Of a stretch of 64,000 nt of DNA, positions 62,616-64,000 are shown piece after piece. Source of the stretch: Octopus sinensis (Eukaryota). The notes below the pieces were generated by a model. That model was not told the DNA's origin. It searched no databases and worked only from the letters and a program-made list of their open reading frames with translations. Position 1 is the first letter of the stretch, and every line of letters begins with the position of its first letter. The translations under genes and the position numbers were made by a program. The stretch is taken from NCBI RefSeq assembly GCF_006345805.1, contig NC_043000.1, positions 53,196,001 to 53,260,000 of the forward strand. The letters are read 5' to 3'.

Positions 62616-63077
62616 TTATATGACTTCAGATGATTGCCTTGCCTTAATGTTTGTGTCTCCTTTAACAATGATATAACCGCTTTATCGGAAATCTGCAATG
62701 GCACCATAACTACCGTCTTGGCTATAATCAACTCTGAAATAAAACCTAAAATTTAGTATATATATATATATAATGGTAGGGAATATAACGTGCGTAGTCT
62801 CTTTACAACTATTTACAATTTATTGTACTTTATTGATTAAAAATAAGTTTTTTTACAGTATCTGTTTTCTATATGGTGCGAATAACATCGTTCTTTATTG
62901 AATTGTTTAATAGTATTTTTTTTACTATAATATAATAGTGATTTCATAAACCAGGGAAACAGTTACATGACCAAATAACTGCGAATCTGGAGAACGTGGA
63001 AACAATTGTAATGGTTACATATAAATGTTTCTCTGTAATTCGTCTTGTTGATTGCGGCTTATTATACATATATATAT

Positions 63078-63110
<33 letters not shown>

Positions 63111-63312
63111 CATAATAAAATATAATACATATTAATATTTTGTAGAAGAAACAGATTGACTCAAGCGCCGAGAAATTCACGCGTTCAAACTTATCAAACT
63201 TGAGCTTCGTGCGTTGGCACTTATCGAACTTAAGTTACTTCTACTAAATATTAATAAAAATATACATTAACACATATTGTCGTGTTTGCATAACTATACA
63301 TACATACATATA

Positions 63313-63679
63313 TTATGGCTGCCCCCTCGTTATCGAGTATGGCCATTGCACAAAGCTTAACTGTTACTGGTACTGTGATCGAATGTGACTTTTGTACAGA
63401 ATTGGCAACTAATACCTTTACCGGTAATAGCCGGCTGTAGTTGTAACTGGGCTTCATGTACCTTTGCACGTCCTTTAAGTCCTCCTGCCGAATTACACTC
63501 CCTTCCACATGCCCGACAGATATGATTAGTATGATGTGTTACACCACCACCAGTGGCCAGGTTGTCACTCATCTGTCTCGCTTTATGACTACGAAGATGA
63601 CTCTTGAGTTCAGCTTTACTGAGGCAGGGTCTTGCACAGACATTGCATGTCAGCATTAAAGGAAGACCCTTCCCATCTA
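63313..63679 (-). mobile_element. 5'-truncated LINE 3' end (probably RTE-type) encoding tandem C2H2 zinc fingers
   Basis: CNVCARPCLSKAELKSHLRSH is a complete C-x2-C-x12-H-x3-H. CRACGRECNSAGGLKGRAKVH has the first His changed to Arg. CQFC is truncated. Intronless and embedded in (TA)/(TACA)n. Confidence 0.6.
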
Positions 63680-63680
63680 C

Positions 63681-63722
<42 letters not shown>

Positions 63723-64000
63723 ATACATACATACATGCATATGATATATCCTTCGTAATGTTTTTTTACATTCCTTTTTAATTATATATATATATATATG
63801 TGTGTGTATTGTACATAAAAGTGTAATTTACATGGACAGGATTAATTAAAATTCAATCACTACCGACCCACACTGTTGCTGTGATAAGAATGTGAACATA
63901 TCTCAATGCTATTGATGTACTGAAAAATAAGGTTCATTGGCAGGTTTGTTGACCTCTGCTCAGTTAATGTACCTGTCTTGTTACTCCAATTGATAAAAGT

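Overview
AT-rich, microsatellite-dense eukaryotic DNA with no intact protein-coding gene that I can support. The SINE families and repeat landscape look like an octopus (cephalopod) genome; this is inference from sequence resemblance, not a database hit. The window holds many tRNA-derived SINEs of three types, decayed fragments of Gypsy, mariner/Tc1, pogo, Dong/R4 and RTE elements, and a 5S rRNA pseudogene. There are three near-identical local amplifications: 444 bp x2, ~1281 bp x2, and a ~541 bp array with a fold-back inversion. Main observations: (1) About ten whole or half minimal type-I hammerhead-ribozyme (HHR) motifs in three families, of the kind carried by Penelope-like elements (PLEs). 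They often occur as inverted pairs, and one is joined to a tRNA-like Pol III head, giving a candidate ribozyme-bearing, PLE-related SINE at 55300-55700. (2) A young RTE-clade LINE with a twin-priming-type 5' inversion and an 11-bp target-site duplication (TSD) at 6519-7510. (3) A SINE trimer bounded by one 14-bp TSD at 25244-25870. (4) The inverted tandem array at 49245-53352, which may be biological or an amplification/assembly artefact. Family names come from motif recognition by eye, and most boundaries are approximate (about +/-10-20 bp) unless a TSD or splice site is quoted.
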